Shown here piece by piece: positions 48,881 to 61,000 of a DNA stretch of 64,000 bases (its first letter is position 1; the number at the start of each line of letters is the position of its first letter). The DNA lies in assembly GCA_002269645.1 (NCBI GenBank), contig NIVC01000104.1, positions 372,001 to 436,000 of the forward strand. Direction: 5' to 3'. The position numbers and the translations under genes were made by a program. A model generated the notes under the pieces. It worked only from the letters and a program-made list of their open reading frames with translations, ran no database searches and was not told where the DNA came from. The DNA comes from Macrostomum lignano (Eukaryota).

Positions 48881-51593
48881 TATTCCGAGGTCATGAAAAA
48901 TGTCATATTGTCACTAATTTGCTATGTCCATATTAATGTCAATAGCCAAAGAGTTCAAAAGGAATGTGTCAATTTTGGATTAGCTTCTAACACGAAAAAA
49001 TGAAAACTTTTTAGGCTTTCATATAATATCTTGCAAGTTTCTATTAGAAATATACAAAAAGCTGGTTTAGAAATCTTTTCTAGCATAGCCTATTGCCAAG
49101 GCTACTAGTGTAGTCTCTACTTTTATTCCAGAGTCACATAAGGACATGTGATATATACTCCTATTTGCTTGTCAAGTTGCTATCTAATTTTGGCTTAAAC
49201 ATGACAATGCCAATTTTGCTAAGCAACAATATTGCATTATGTATAGTCAATAGTTTAGATCATGTATTAGTATACATTGGGTTTAATGCTAGAAAAAAAT
49301 GACAAGACCTCATTTGTATGCAACACTAGAAAATTCAAAATTGCAACAGATGGTCAGATACCTTTTGTCTACTTATTCCAATAGGGATTTCAAAGAGCTA
49401 TAACATGTTGTTCAGCTCATTTTGACTTTTTTTCATGGCCAAGTTAAAGTAGAAAATGGCTTTTTGATCAATAAAAGCCTTATAGTAAAGAATCTTGCCA
49501 ATCAATGACTTGTTGCCAAATGTGTCTTTTCTCTAAAGCTATTGAACATTCTAGATCAGTTACAGCCATTGAAGTTACCCTGAGAATGTCGCAACATATG
49601 AGAGCTGCCAAATTGTATTGCCTAGAGGCACAAGAATAGCAATGCAAGCTTAAGACCATTGAACTGCCTTTTTGGATAGTTTAGTTTTTTATGTTGGACC
49701 AAGTTTTTTATTGTAATTGAACTGATAGTATGCATATAGCTAGTTATTTTACTTAGTTGTAATCTAGTTAAGTTTGTTAAAAATCCCATAGTTTGGATTG
49801 TATATTAGTATATATATTGGGTCTAACACACTGGATCTAAAAAATGTGTGATTGACACAATGTTTCTATTGTGTTATATATGCTGGGATATATGCTAATT
49901 GCTAATATGTTAAAAATGGCAAGTACCCCTGTATGCTAGGAAATTCTAGTGTAGGCCTACATGTTGTCTAAAGACTACGCTAATGGTGCACTAGCATAGT
50001 CTTACATAGGACCTAGTCTAGTATAGGAAAAGGGGTACTAGGTTTTTGTGCTAGAGACAATGTACAAATTTGTATCTTATACCCAATTTCAAGGCTCAGA
50101 GTGCAAATTCTTTTTTTTCTTATTTTAAGGCATTGCAAATGTGGCTTAAAAAAAGGTTATGAGACATTGTCATTAGTATTTGTTATAGGTTATAAAATAG
50201 GTTTTGCAACAGTATCTACTTTACACTTTCAGGGTATGATTTCAAAATTTAAGGTGCATATATATTTTCTGCATATAAAAACCTAGGCATATATAATATA
50301 TCTTCTAATTAAAATTATTCTTAAATTATTTTTATTTTACAATTGAAGCTTTTAGATTTAAACCTTATCATATCGATATATACTTGATATATATAGTAAA
50401 TGTATATAATAAGCATATATGCTTAGTAGTACAAGCCTATATATTTTTGTTTGCCCTTTACCTTTACCTATTTGTTTTGCTAGGATATACTAGTTAACCA
50501 TATATTAAATAGGTGATATAGAGACTATGCATTGTTCATGTCTAAGAGTTTTATTTAACCTAATGGCTAAATATCTAGAATATATTTTATTTTAAAAAAT
50601 TAATTGCCAGTATATATTTTTGTTAAAAGATTAGATTTCCCTATTTTGTGATCTTTATAAGCAATTATTTTAAACAAAAATTTACTTTATAATAAACCTA
50701 ATAAATATAATGATTTTTAAGTTATTTGAAGGTTTTCTTTGAAAGCCAATACTTGTAAAGATTCAATCCATTTTCTAAACTATTTATTAAAACAAAGAAA
50801 ATTCTAAATAAGCTAAAAAATTTGCCACAACTCTTAACATATCTATTTTGAATTGTAAAAATGCAAAAAAAGTTTGATATGCTTAAGAATGTATACATTG
50901 ATTTTGTAAAATGATTTAAAAGCATTTGCTATTAGCAACTTACTAATAGAATATCATAGATAAAATAATGCAATTTAAAAAACGCAATCTAGGCGAGGCA
51001 TAGAAAAACTTGCACTTTGTACTCCTTCCTCCCTTTTCTCATCTCCCCTCCACTCCTCTCATCTCTTCAGCTCCTTTTCGCTCCTCTCCACTCCTCTCAT
51101 CTCATCTTCTCTTTCCTGTCCTATTCTGTCTCTCCTCTCCCTTATTCCCTCACCTCCATTCTCCTATCTCTCTTCTCTATTCCCTTCGACACTCTCCTCT
51201 CCCCTCTAGCCCGCAGTCATTCGCTAGGTTCTCTATCTGGCCCTTTAGTGTAAAAATTTTGCCAACCCCTTACTTAAGATATGGCTTCTGTACATCAGGT
51301 AGTTGCTTTGAATCAATGGTAAACAATAAAAACTAGTTTATAAAATCTTAAATACAACACTCCTAAAATGGTACAAGATAAATATTAAACGCCACAATAA
51401 TTTTTTGATGCCAAACGTATTGCTCATTGGATACAAACTATTGCATGCATGCTAAGAGCAAATGTTGCTTAAGTGGTCAAAGGGGTGATCGACCATCCCA
51501 TGGCCCTTTAGCCCTTCCCCCTTTTTGGCCCTGGTTTTGTTTCGCCCCCTATTCGAGCAAAATATCGACTTGATAATTCTCAAAAGAATTGAA

Positions 51594-54500
51594 ATGTCCG
51601 AAACGGAGCAAGGCACGGAGCCTGAGGTGGACAGCGGGGACGACTTGCCATTGAGCCACGCCTCATCAATATCCGGCCGTGGCATCGGCGGGCCTCAGGC
51701 TCGTCTGGCCAAATTGAAAATCAAAATCGGGCCGCAGGAGATGCTCCAAACGGACATTGTGGACACCCCGGATCCGTCCGAGGGGCCGGACGAGTCTTAT
51801 AGCGGCAGCACCTGCTCAGATGAGAACAACAGCGAGCCAGTGTCTCCGGCCACCACTGCATCGACAGGCGATTGTCGCGCTGGCAACCTCCTACTCAGCG
51901 GCGCGCATCATCTGAAGCGAGCCGAGTCTGTGGAATCTGAGCTGTCTTCTGTGGATAGGTGAGTGCTAATTGGGGGACTCTGCATCTGGTGATCCACGTG
52001 CTGGGCCACCATCGCTTTCCTTCCCAAATCCCCAATATTTGCGCTTGGCCACACTTGCTGATCTTCAGTTGCTGGGCCAGCCTCCCAGATCCTCAGTTGC
52101 TGGGCCAGCCTCCCAGATCCTCAGTTGCTAGGCGAGCCTCCAAGATCCTTAGTTGCTAGACCAGCCTCCCAGTGTGTCAGTTGCTGGGCCAGCCTCCCAG
52201 AGTGTCAGTTGCTGGGCCAGCCTCCCAGAGTGTCAGTTGCTTGGCCAGCCTCCCAGATCCTCAGCTTCTGGGCTGTCAGTCTTTCCTAGTTGTTTCATTT
52301 AAGTAGCACCTGCTACTATAAGCAAAACAATAATGGAAAGTTTTGTCTCAATATCTCGCCTGTCGCTAATAATTTCTAAATGCTTTAGCTGTCGAACAGG
52401 CTAGTCAAAAAAGACAGAAAAAACAGTTCATATAATGTGGGCCTCTGTTTTCGTTATTTGATATTGGCCTGTAAATTTGCTTTAGAGATAAAATCAATCA
52501 GTATCACCCCCCCTTGCGATTGCAATAATATTTACCTGAATTTGATGCTTTGCTGGCGAAACGAGTGAGTCTGTTTATGAAGGAAGTTAATTAGACAAAA
52601 TTAATCTCATCTCTAATCTGCTACAAAACGGAAATTGATATCCTTGCAATTAGAAACTCACTCGTGTGAAATAAAAATTAATTAGCGAGAGTTGCCTGTC
52701 ACACAAGACCGTTAAAATCTCTGATAGCTTTTAAGAGGCCTGCTCATAAAGTGAGGCTTTCAGACTACTTGATGTATGTGGAATCGCCTTCCAACCTCAA
52801 AGAATTGCCCTCAACCTCGAATCAAAAATCGCCCTCAACCTCCCATCAAGAATCGGCCTCCAACACCATCAAGAATCGCCCTCCAACTCCCATCAAGAAT
52901 CGCCCTCAACCTCTCATCAAGAATCGCCCTCCAACAACATCAAGAATCGCCCTCCAACCCCATCAAGAATCGCCCTCAACCTCTCATCAAGAATCGCCCT
53001 CCAACAACACCAAGAATCGCCCTCCAACCCCATTAAGAATCGCCCTCCAACCCCATCAAGAATCGCCCTCCAACAACATCAAGAATCGCCCTCCAACCCC
53101 ATCAAGAATCGCCCTCAACCTCTCATCAAGAATCGCCCTCCAACAACATCAAGAATCGCCCTCCAACCCCATCAAGAATCGCCCTCAACCTCTCATCAAG
53201 AATCGCCCTCCAACCCCATTAAGAATCGCCCTCCAACCCCATCAAGAATCGCCCTCCAACAACATCAAGAATCGCTTTCAACCTCCCATCAAGAATCGCC
53301 CTCCAACCCCATCAAGAATCGCCCTCCAACAACATCAAGAATCGCCCTCCAACAACATCAAGAATCGCTCTCAACCTCCCATCAAGAATCGCCCTCCAAC
53401 CCCATCAAGAATCGCCCTCCAACCCCATCAAGAATCGCCCTCCAACCCCATCAAGAATCGCCCTTCAACAACATCAAGAATTGCCCTCCAACCCCATCAA
53501 GAATCGCCCTCAACCTCTCATCAAGAATCGCCCTCAACCTCTCATCAAGAATCGCCCTCAACCTCCCATCAAGAATCGCCCTCAACCTCCCATCAAGAAT
53601 CGCCCTCAACCTCCCATCAAGAATCGCCCTCAACCTCCCATCAAGAATCGCCCTCAACCTCCCATCAAGAATCGCCCTCACCAGAGCCCAACCCCCACCA
53701 TCACGCAGCTACTCCGAGCCGAACACCCAACAGCAGCAGCAGCAGCAGCAACAGGCTGTCTGCGCATTCTGCAATCTGCCCGCATCAAACAGCGCATTTG
53801 GCCAAGGCTGCGGCGAGTTAGTCAGCTTCCGTTCCGGCTCTAGCGGCTCCGCTCAACTCAGCGCTCGCCGACCAGCCGGTGGTCGACGACGGCCACCGGC
53901 GACTCCGATGTCGTTGTCGGCGTCCACTAGCGGTGTCTCCACTCTCGACGACGTCGCCGCCTGTTGCCATGACGTTGCTAGGCGAATCCGAGACAGTCGG
54001 GCCTCGCTAGAAAGCCAACGAGCAGCCGGTTTGCCAAGCCCCTGGCTGGACTCGACTGGCCGACCCTACGGTCTTGTGGACGAGCTTGGCCGGATCGGAC
54101 ATGCCGAGGAGCCCGATCTTGTCCAGCTAGTTGACGCCGACCGGAATCTGTGGGCGCACCGGTCCTGTCTAATGTGGACTCCGGGCGCTTCGGCTACGGA
54201 TCCTGTGGCCGCTGAGCGAGCTCTGGTTGCTGCGCTAGGCTTAGCCTGCTCGTTCTGTCGCCAGCTGGGCGCCAGCGTGCCGTGCTCAGCGCCTCGCTGT
54301 CAGCGGCACTATCACGTGGTCTGTGCCGCGGCCGCCGGTTGTCTTCAAGACTGCTCGGACGCGCTCTCTGACGCTGCTATTGGCTCGAGTTCAGCTATCA
54401 GTAGTCAGTTACCCCGACTATGGTGCCTGGATCATCTGGCTATGGGCCGGTCGCCTGTCTGCTGCGTCTGCGACAGGTCCGCTTCTGGCGGCCAAGAAGC

Positions 54501-57500
54501 TGCCGATATGTTGTGCTGTACAGGCTGCGGTCAGCACTATCATCCGACTTGTATGGAGCCGAGAGTGACGCTTAGTCCCACAGTTAGAGTTGGTTGGCAG
54601 TGCCCAGAGTGCAAAGCATGCCAACAGTGCTGCGAGAATAAGAGTCCGGAGTTATTACTAATGTGCGACGTTTGCGACAAGGCCTATCACACTTATTGCC
54701 TTCGGCCGGCTATTGTGCAGGTGCCTCGCAATGGTTGGAAATGCGAACGCTGTCGGGTCTGTTTACAGTGCGGCCGGCGTTTCAGCTCCCGGTGGCACCG
54801 GAACTACACCAGGTGCGGTCGGTGTCGTCAGCGTAGCAGCGGCGGAGCATCCAGACCGGCGTTGCAGTCTGCAGGTGCTAGTCGGGCTTCGATGGCATCG
54901 TCTGGTGCTAGTAGATTATCGTCTGCAGCAACTGGCTCTTCATTGCTGCCGTCGCGGATGACGGCGTCGACGGCAACTGCGACGGGTTCGACCCCAGTCG
55001 CCGCGGTGTCGTCTACGTTGGCAAACGCAACAGCTGCTACGACTCCGGCTGCGTCTGACGAGTACGCCGAGGACAGCGGCCAGGACGACAACTCTGCAGA
55101 TGCCGACTGGGGTCCGCCTGGCGGCAGTGGGAAAGCCGCTGGGAAGCTGCCCCAACAGCAACATCAGCTTCGTCGACAATCGTCATCTTTGTCGGCAACT
55201 TCTTCGCGTCGAGTGCCGCCAGGCGGTCCGGCGGCCGCCGCTTCAAGTGTCGGTAAGAAAGGCTCTCGCAGCGGCGGTGGCGGCGGTCCGCGCTCATCAG
55301 GCGGCACTTCGGCTGGCCCCGCCGCGTCTAGGCGCTCGTCGACTTCGTCTAAATCTGGTCGGAAAGTTGGCGGCGGCGGCGACACTGCTGGTGGTAAAAG
55401 CGGCGCCGCGACCGCTGGCGGTATGGAGGACAAAGACGATCACCAGCTCACTATTGTTGTGTGCCGCGAGGAGGAAGAGCGCTTCTTTAATTCTCAGGTA
55501 AGTTGAGCTTAATACCACTGGTTAATCCCGTTAAATTAATGCTTTTTATTATAAAAAAGTCCATGTAAACTTTTTTAGACTTCTAATCTAAATATACTAA
55601 ATCTCTAATATTTGTTTGTATGTTTGCTTGCTTGTCAAACCTGCTAAATGTTTCGAAGTCCATACTAAATGACATTTACAAATTTTCGAAATGCCAGTAT
55701 ATCATAAACCAAATCGCCCGTTTTTCATAATCGGAATACCATACTTTATGTTGTTATATCTTCTACAAAATGAAATTCTTGTTACTTAGAAAGCAGGAAT
55801 CGACTTCTTAGAAATCTAGGTGCCATTTTCTACTAAATATAATTATTGTTTCTTAGAAATCTGGAATCGATCTCTTAGAATTCTAAGCGCCATTTTCTAC
55901 AAAATGAAATTATTGTTTCTTAGAAATCTAAGCGCCATTTTCTACTAAATGAAATTATTGTTTCTTAGAAATCTAAGCGCCTTTTTCTACTAAATGAAAT
56001 TATTGTTTCTTAGAAATCTAAGCGCCTTTTTCTACTAAATGAAATTCTTGTTTCTTAGAAATCTAAGCGCCTTTTTCTACTAAATGAAATTCTTGTTTCT
56101 TAGAAAGCGGGAATCGATTTCTTAGAAATCTAGGCGCCATCTTCTGCAATAAGAATTTTTTTTCTTAGAAATCGAGAATCGATTTCTAGTAAATCTTCTA
56201 GTAAATTCTAGTTAATCTATGCGCAACTTTCTACAAAATAAAATTCTTGTTTCTTAGAAAGCAGGAATCGATTTTCTAGAAATTTAATTTTTAAGTACTA
56301 TTTCTGTAAATATTGAAATCTGACTCCCTAGATACATGTAATTTGGAAGTTATTCTTAGAAATCAAATCTTAGTACAAGCATCGTTATTTATTAATCAAT
56401 AATCCGCAGGACGTGTGCTTAGCCTGCGGCGCAGTCGGCTACGGCCCCGAACAGAGGCTCATGTGCTGCGTGCAGTGCGGCCAATGCTATCACCCGTTCT
56501 GCGCCGGAGTCACTCGAGTCACGCCTGTTATGATTGAGAAAGGCTGGCGCTGTCTAGACTGTACAGTGTGCGAAGGCTGCGGCGATACCGACAGAGAGAA
56601 TCTATTGCTACTGTGTGACGATTGCGATATCTCGTATCACACATTCTGCTTGGATCCGCCGTTAACCGAGGTGCCAAAAGGCGCTTGGAAATGTCGGCAC
56701 TGCGTCATTTGCGGCCTGTGCGGCAGCCGCAGTCCCGGTTATAACTGCGCCTGGCAAAAGAACTTTACGCGTTGCGGCCCCTGTCAATCGTATTATAATT
56801 GTCCAATTTGCACGGCGCCCTATCGCGACGGCGACTTGCTGATCCACTGCGCCCAATGCGAACGATGGGGTCACGTGCTGTGCGACGGTTTAAAATCCGA
56901 GGCCGAAGCCGAAGCCGTGGCCGACTATGGCTACCTGTGCTATCATTGTCGCGGTCAGGAGCCGCTGCGAACGCCTGCTCTGGCTCGCCTGGCTGCCACC
57001 TCCGCTGCAGCCGCGGGCGGCTCCTCCGGTCTCGACACGACTAGCGGCGTCAACAACGGCGGCTATCAATCAGTATCGGCAGCGTTAGACGCCGTGATTG
57101 GTTGCGCTAGTAGCGGCTTAACTTCGCCTAGCTCCGTTGTCATTGGCAACGCTGCCGCTGGAAGCGTCGCCGGCGCATTAGTAGGTTCACACGGAGCTTC
57201 GGCCGCGTCTAACTCGGCCGCCGATCCGGACACGCCATCCAGACAGTTTTTCATGGACGGCGTAGTGCTGTCCGAGTCTGGTTTAAGCGTCATACGCAGC
57301 GTTATGCTCAAGATGCCAAAGAAAACTGCCGCGGGAGCCGGTAATGGCAAGTCTGGCGGCACCGCCCGTGCTCCGGTGGCTCCGCCGCCTGCGGCTGCTC
57401 AACAGCAACAACAGCAGCAACAGCAGCAACAGCAGCAGCTCAGCCGTCTTCTCGGCCACGGCCCAGCCGATCCGCCCGAGACAGCCGAATGTGAATCTCT

Positions 57501-58065
57501 GCAATCAAATCAAGATCTGCTAATGGAGATCAAATCGCCTAGTTTGCAGTCTGAGGAAGGCGGCGGCTTAGCCGGAGTTGGTGTCGGCGGCGTCAGCGTC
57601 GGTGGCCAGTTGTCTGAGTCCATTGCCAGTTCAACCGATGCTCAAACCGCCGCCTCGTCCGCTAGCAAGACTCAAGCGGCAGTAAAATCCTCTTCTAACA
57701 CCCCGGCCGCTAGTGCCGTTCGAATGCGTAAGCCCACTAATTTAGGCGTTGGCGGATTTCGGCCGCGTCAGCAGCGGATTAAACCGAGGAAGCCGTCCGG
57801 TCAGCAGCAGTCGTCCACCGCAGGCGCTTCGGCAGCCTCCGGCGGCGGCGCCAAGAAGCGTTCAACAAAGCGTCGAGTTGGCGACATTGAAGAGTCCTTC
57901 CCAGACTATCTGATGGAAGCATTCCTGGGCTCCGGGGCTTCCGCAGTTGGCGGCGGTACCGGCGGAACCGGAGGGAGCGGCGCCGGTGCAGCTCCGGCCC
58001 TATCGGACGCCGAGGAAGATTCAGATATGTCAGCCAGTGAGCTGATCATGAGTCCGGTAGCCGGC

Positions 58066-58096
<31 letters not shown>

Positions 58097-61000
58097 CAGT
58101 CTTGGGCTTTGCCGATTCTGCTACCAAACCACCAACGTTCCCTTCTAATAATCAGCAAGTTTTGCAGCAGCAGCAGCAGCAGCAGCAACAGTTTTTGCGC
58201 AATCAGATGCATCCGCAATTGTCTCAATCTGCGCAGCAATTTCAGCAACAGCATCAGCAAAATCATCGACCTCCGCTATTCCTTCCTAATTACCAACCTG
58301 TACCGGGTGCTCCTCAACAGCAACCGTCGCTATCTGGCTCTGCTATGATGCAATCATCTGTGACTACCACTCCAACATCAGTGGTTGCTATGGATGTGAA
58401 ACCGGCTATCCTGGCTTCTTCTGCTGGACCTTCCGGTTCTATAGCTACTGGAGCTGCCGGTGCCGGATCTGCCGCAGCAGCAGCAGCCGCCGCCGCGGTT
58501 CCAGCTGAACCAGACGACGACGACGACATTGGCGACATCATGGACGTCGGCTTCCCGGATGAAGATCTGTTTAACATGCTTGGCGATGAGATCAATTCCG
58601 CTGCCGAACGGCCAATGCCGGAGGACGATTTAGATATTGATAATATTGATCCTAGTCTAGCGCAGCTGTGCGACCAGGGCGCTGCTGAGATGCTCGACAT
58701 GCAACAGCTGGTGCCGAGGAGCGCGTTGCCGCCTGCGCCGCCACCGCCGCCGCCTCCTCCGCCGCCTCCACCGCCGCCGCCGCCTCCGCCGCCGCCTTAC
58801 ATGGGTCAGCATCACGTTGTTCAATCTCAACCATCGACTGTTTCTTATCAGCAACAGCAGCAGCAGCAGCAACAGCATCCAGCATGGGGCTCGCCAACTA
58901 TGACTGTCCCGATGCCGCTGCCGCCACAACAACAACAACAGCAGCAGCAGCAGCAGATTGTGACTCTACAATCATCTTCTACCGTTGGCTCCTCTGTATC
59001 GATTCAGCAGCAACAGCCGTCAGCTTCGCCATTGCCGTCGCCTGCGCCCGGATCTTCAAGCGACCCGTCTGCCGTGGCCGCCGCCGCTGCTGCCGTCGGC
59101 AATAATCGTCGATTCAATCCTAGCCGATGGTTAGAAGACGAAGCTTTAGGCGATAAAGCCACGGTAGCTCCGGTGTTATACGCTAATCAGGTGCAACCGG
59201 CTCTGCGTTTGGAAATCCCCGACCCGATGGAACGATTCAAGACTATTAATAAAACGTGGAGAAAGTTGCCGCCGGAGGAGCGAAATAAATGGGTGGTAAG
59301 TTCTGATATCCAATTCTCACACTAGCTCTCTGTTCAGTGGCTCGGAGTAGATTAATAATCGGTTGCCATGGTAACTATACATGTTTTTTGCTACTTGGTT
59401 ATCCATGGTATATAATAACTATGCTGGTTGATTGCTAAGCCGTAGCCATGGTAACTATGCATATTGGTTGTACGCGGTAGTCATGGTAACTAAGTATATT
59501 GGTTGCTACGCACTAGCCCTGGTAACTATGCATTTTTGTTGCTACGCGGTAGCCATGGTAACTATGCACTTTGGTTGCTGTGCGGTTACTGCACAGTAGC
59601 TGTCTAAACTATTAGCTGGTTGCTAAGTGGTATCCATTTTAGCTATATTGGTAGCTATATTATGCACCAATAAGTTAAGCGTAGTTGGTCGCGGTTAGCT
59701 GTAGTAGAAATATTGCACTTTGCCTACTACCTAGGCCGTTGTTGCCTACCCACTGGGACACCTCTATATTATTAAGGGTCTAAAAAGTGACTGTATATAC
59801 ATTGTGAACATATTTCCGTGAGCTCGAAAAAAAGCTTTGGGAATTATGGTTGCTTATCAGCATCAGCAATTTTACTTTTTTATATCCCTAATTTCCTTTT
59901 TGGATGTTTGGATACAATCCTCAGTTTTTTGTGTAGAAAATTTGCTTCCTAATGTTACATAGCCAAGATAAGGGAAAGGCAAGCTAGGTTTTGCAGCACT
60001 GTATCGCTTTCTCTATTTCTTAATTGTTGCCATCTCTGGTCCCAGCTCTGGCCCTCTCTTACCTGCGCAGAATTGGGTGGGTCGCGTGGGAAAAGTGTTG
60101 CCCTGTCTTCTCTAAATTCTATAGCTGCCTCTGTCTAAAGTAAAAGTAAACATTTCATTCAGTGTGGGGGAAGAACTGCGATAAGATTCTTTATCCTATA
60201 TGTATATATGTGTATACCTGATTATGTATACATAGGGAAGAAGCTATTGTACATTTCTTTGAAGAAAGGAAAAAAGGCTGGCATTTTTTGTGTCGCCTCT
60301 GCTGTGTCCTCCCGCAATTTGTTTGGCGTATCCCTAATTAAATGTACTTTTATTTCTTCCGAAGAAGGAGTGACATTCCGTCTCCCGGGCGTTTTTTAAT
60401 TAGCAAAAGCAACGACGTGGACAGTGTGTTTGCACGCATGTACAGTATTTGTATTGGAGTTATTATTGCACTTTTTTACTTAACAATGAATCGGCGAAAT
60501 ATTCCCTGTCTGATTCTATTGTCTGCGGAGCCTATATTTCAGCTTAGTAACTATTGGCTATATAACTATTCTTTTTTATAGTAATAGTTGGGTTATTAAG
60601 GAGCGGTGCATCACTACCTCTCTTTTTGCGTATGTGGTGTGTGTCTCATCTGTCCTCCTCCATCTGTGCCCTTCCAGCCTCTTTGCCAGTTCATTAGGCG
60701 CTCATCAACGTTGCCATTTATAGCTGTAGAAGAAAGAGTCTTAACTAAATTGGGCCCAAAGGAATATAAAGATGGACAGGGAAATAAGGGTAAGGAGGGA
60801 AGAGCGATGCGTATTATGCACCCTGTATGCTATGTAGTTTTGTAAGGTTAATAAATATATGCTTTTTACTTGTATAGCCCCATAAACTGCCTGTGGAGCT
60901 CCCTATTCGGCTTGAGCATAGATACTGCATATGCATTTCACTCCCTAGCTAGTGCGTTTTCCCCGATTATATAAATCTGTTACTAAAAATAGCCCTTCTA

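Noticed and set aside
52751-53843. 356-aa and 120-aa repeat ORFs as independent genes
   Set aside because: They are in different frames from the KMT2 exons and consist of the minisatellite.
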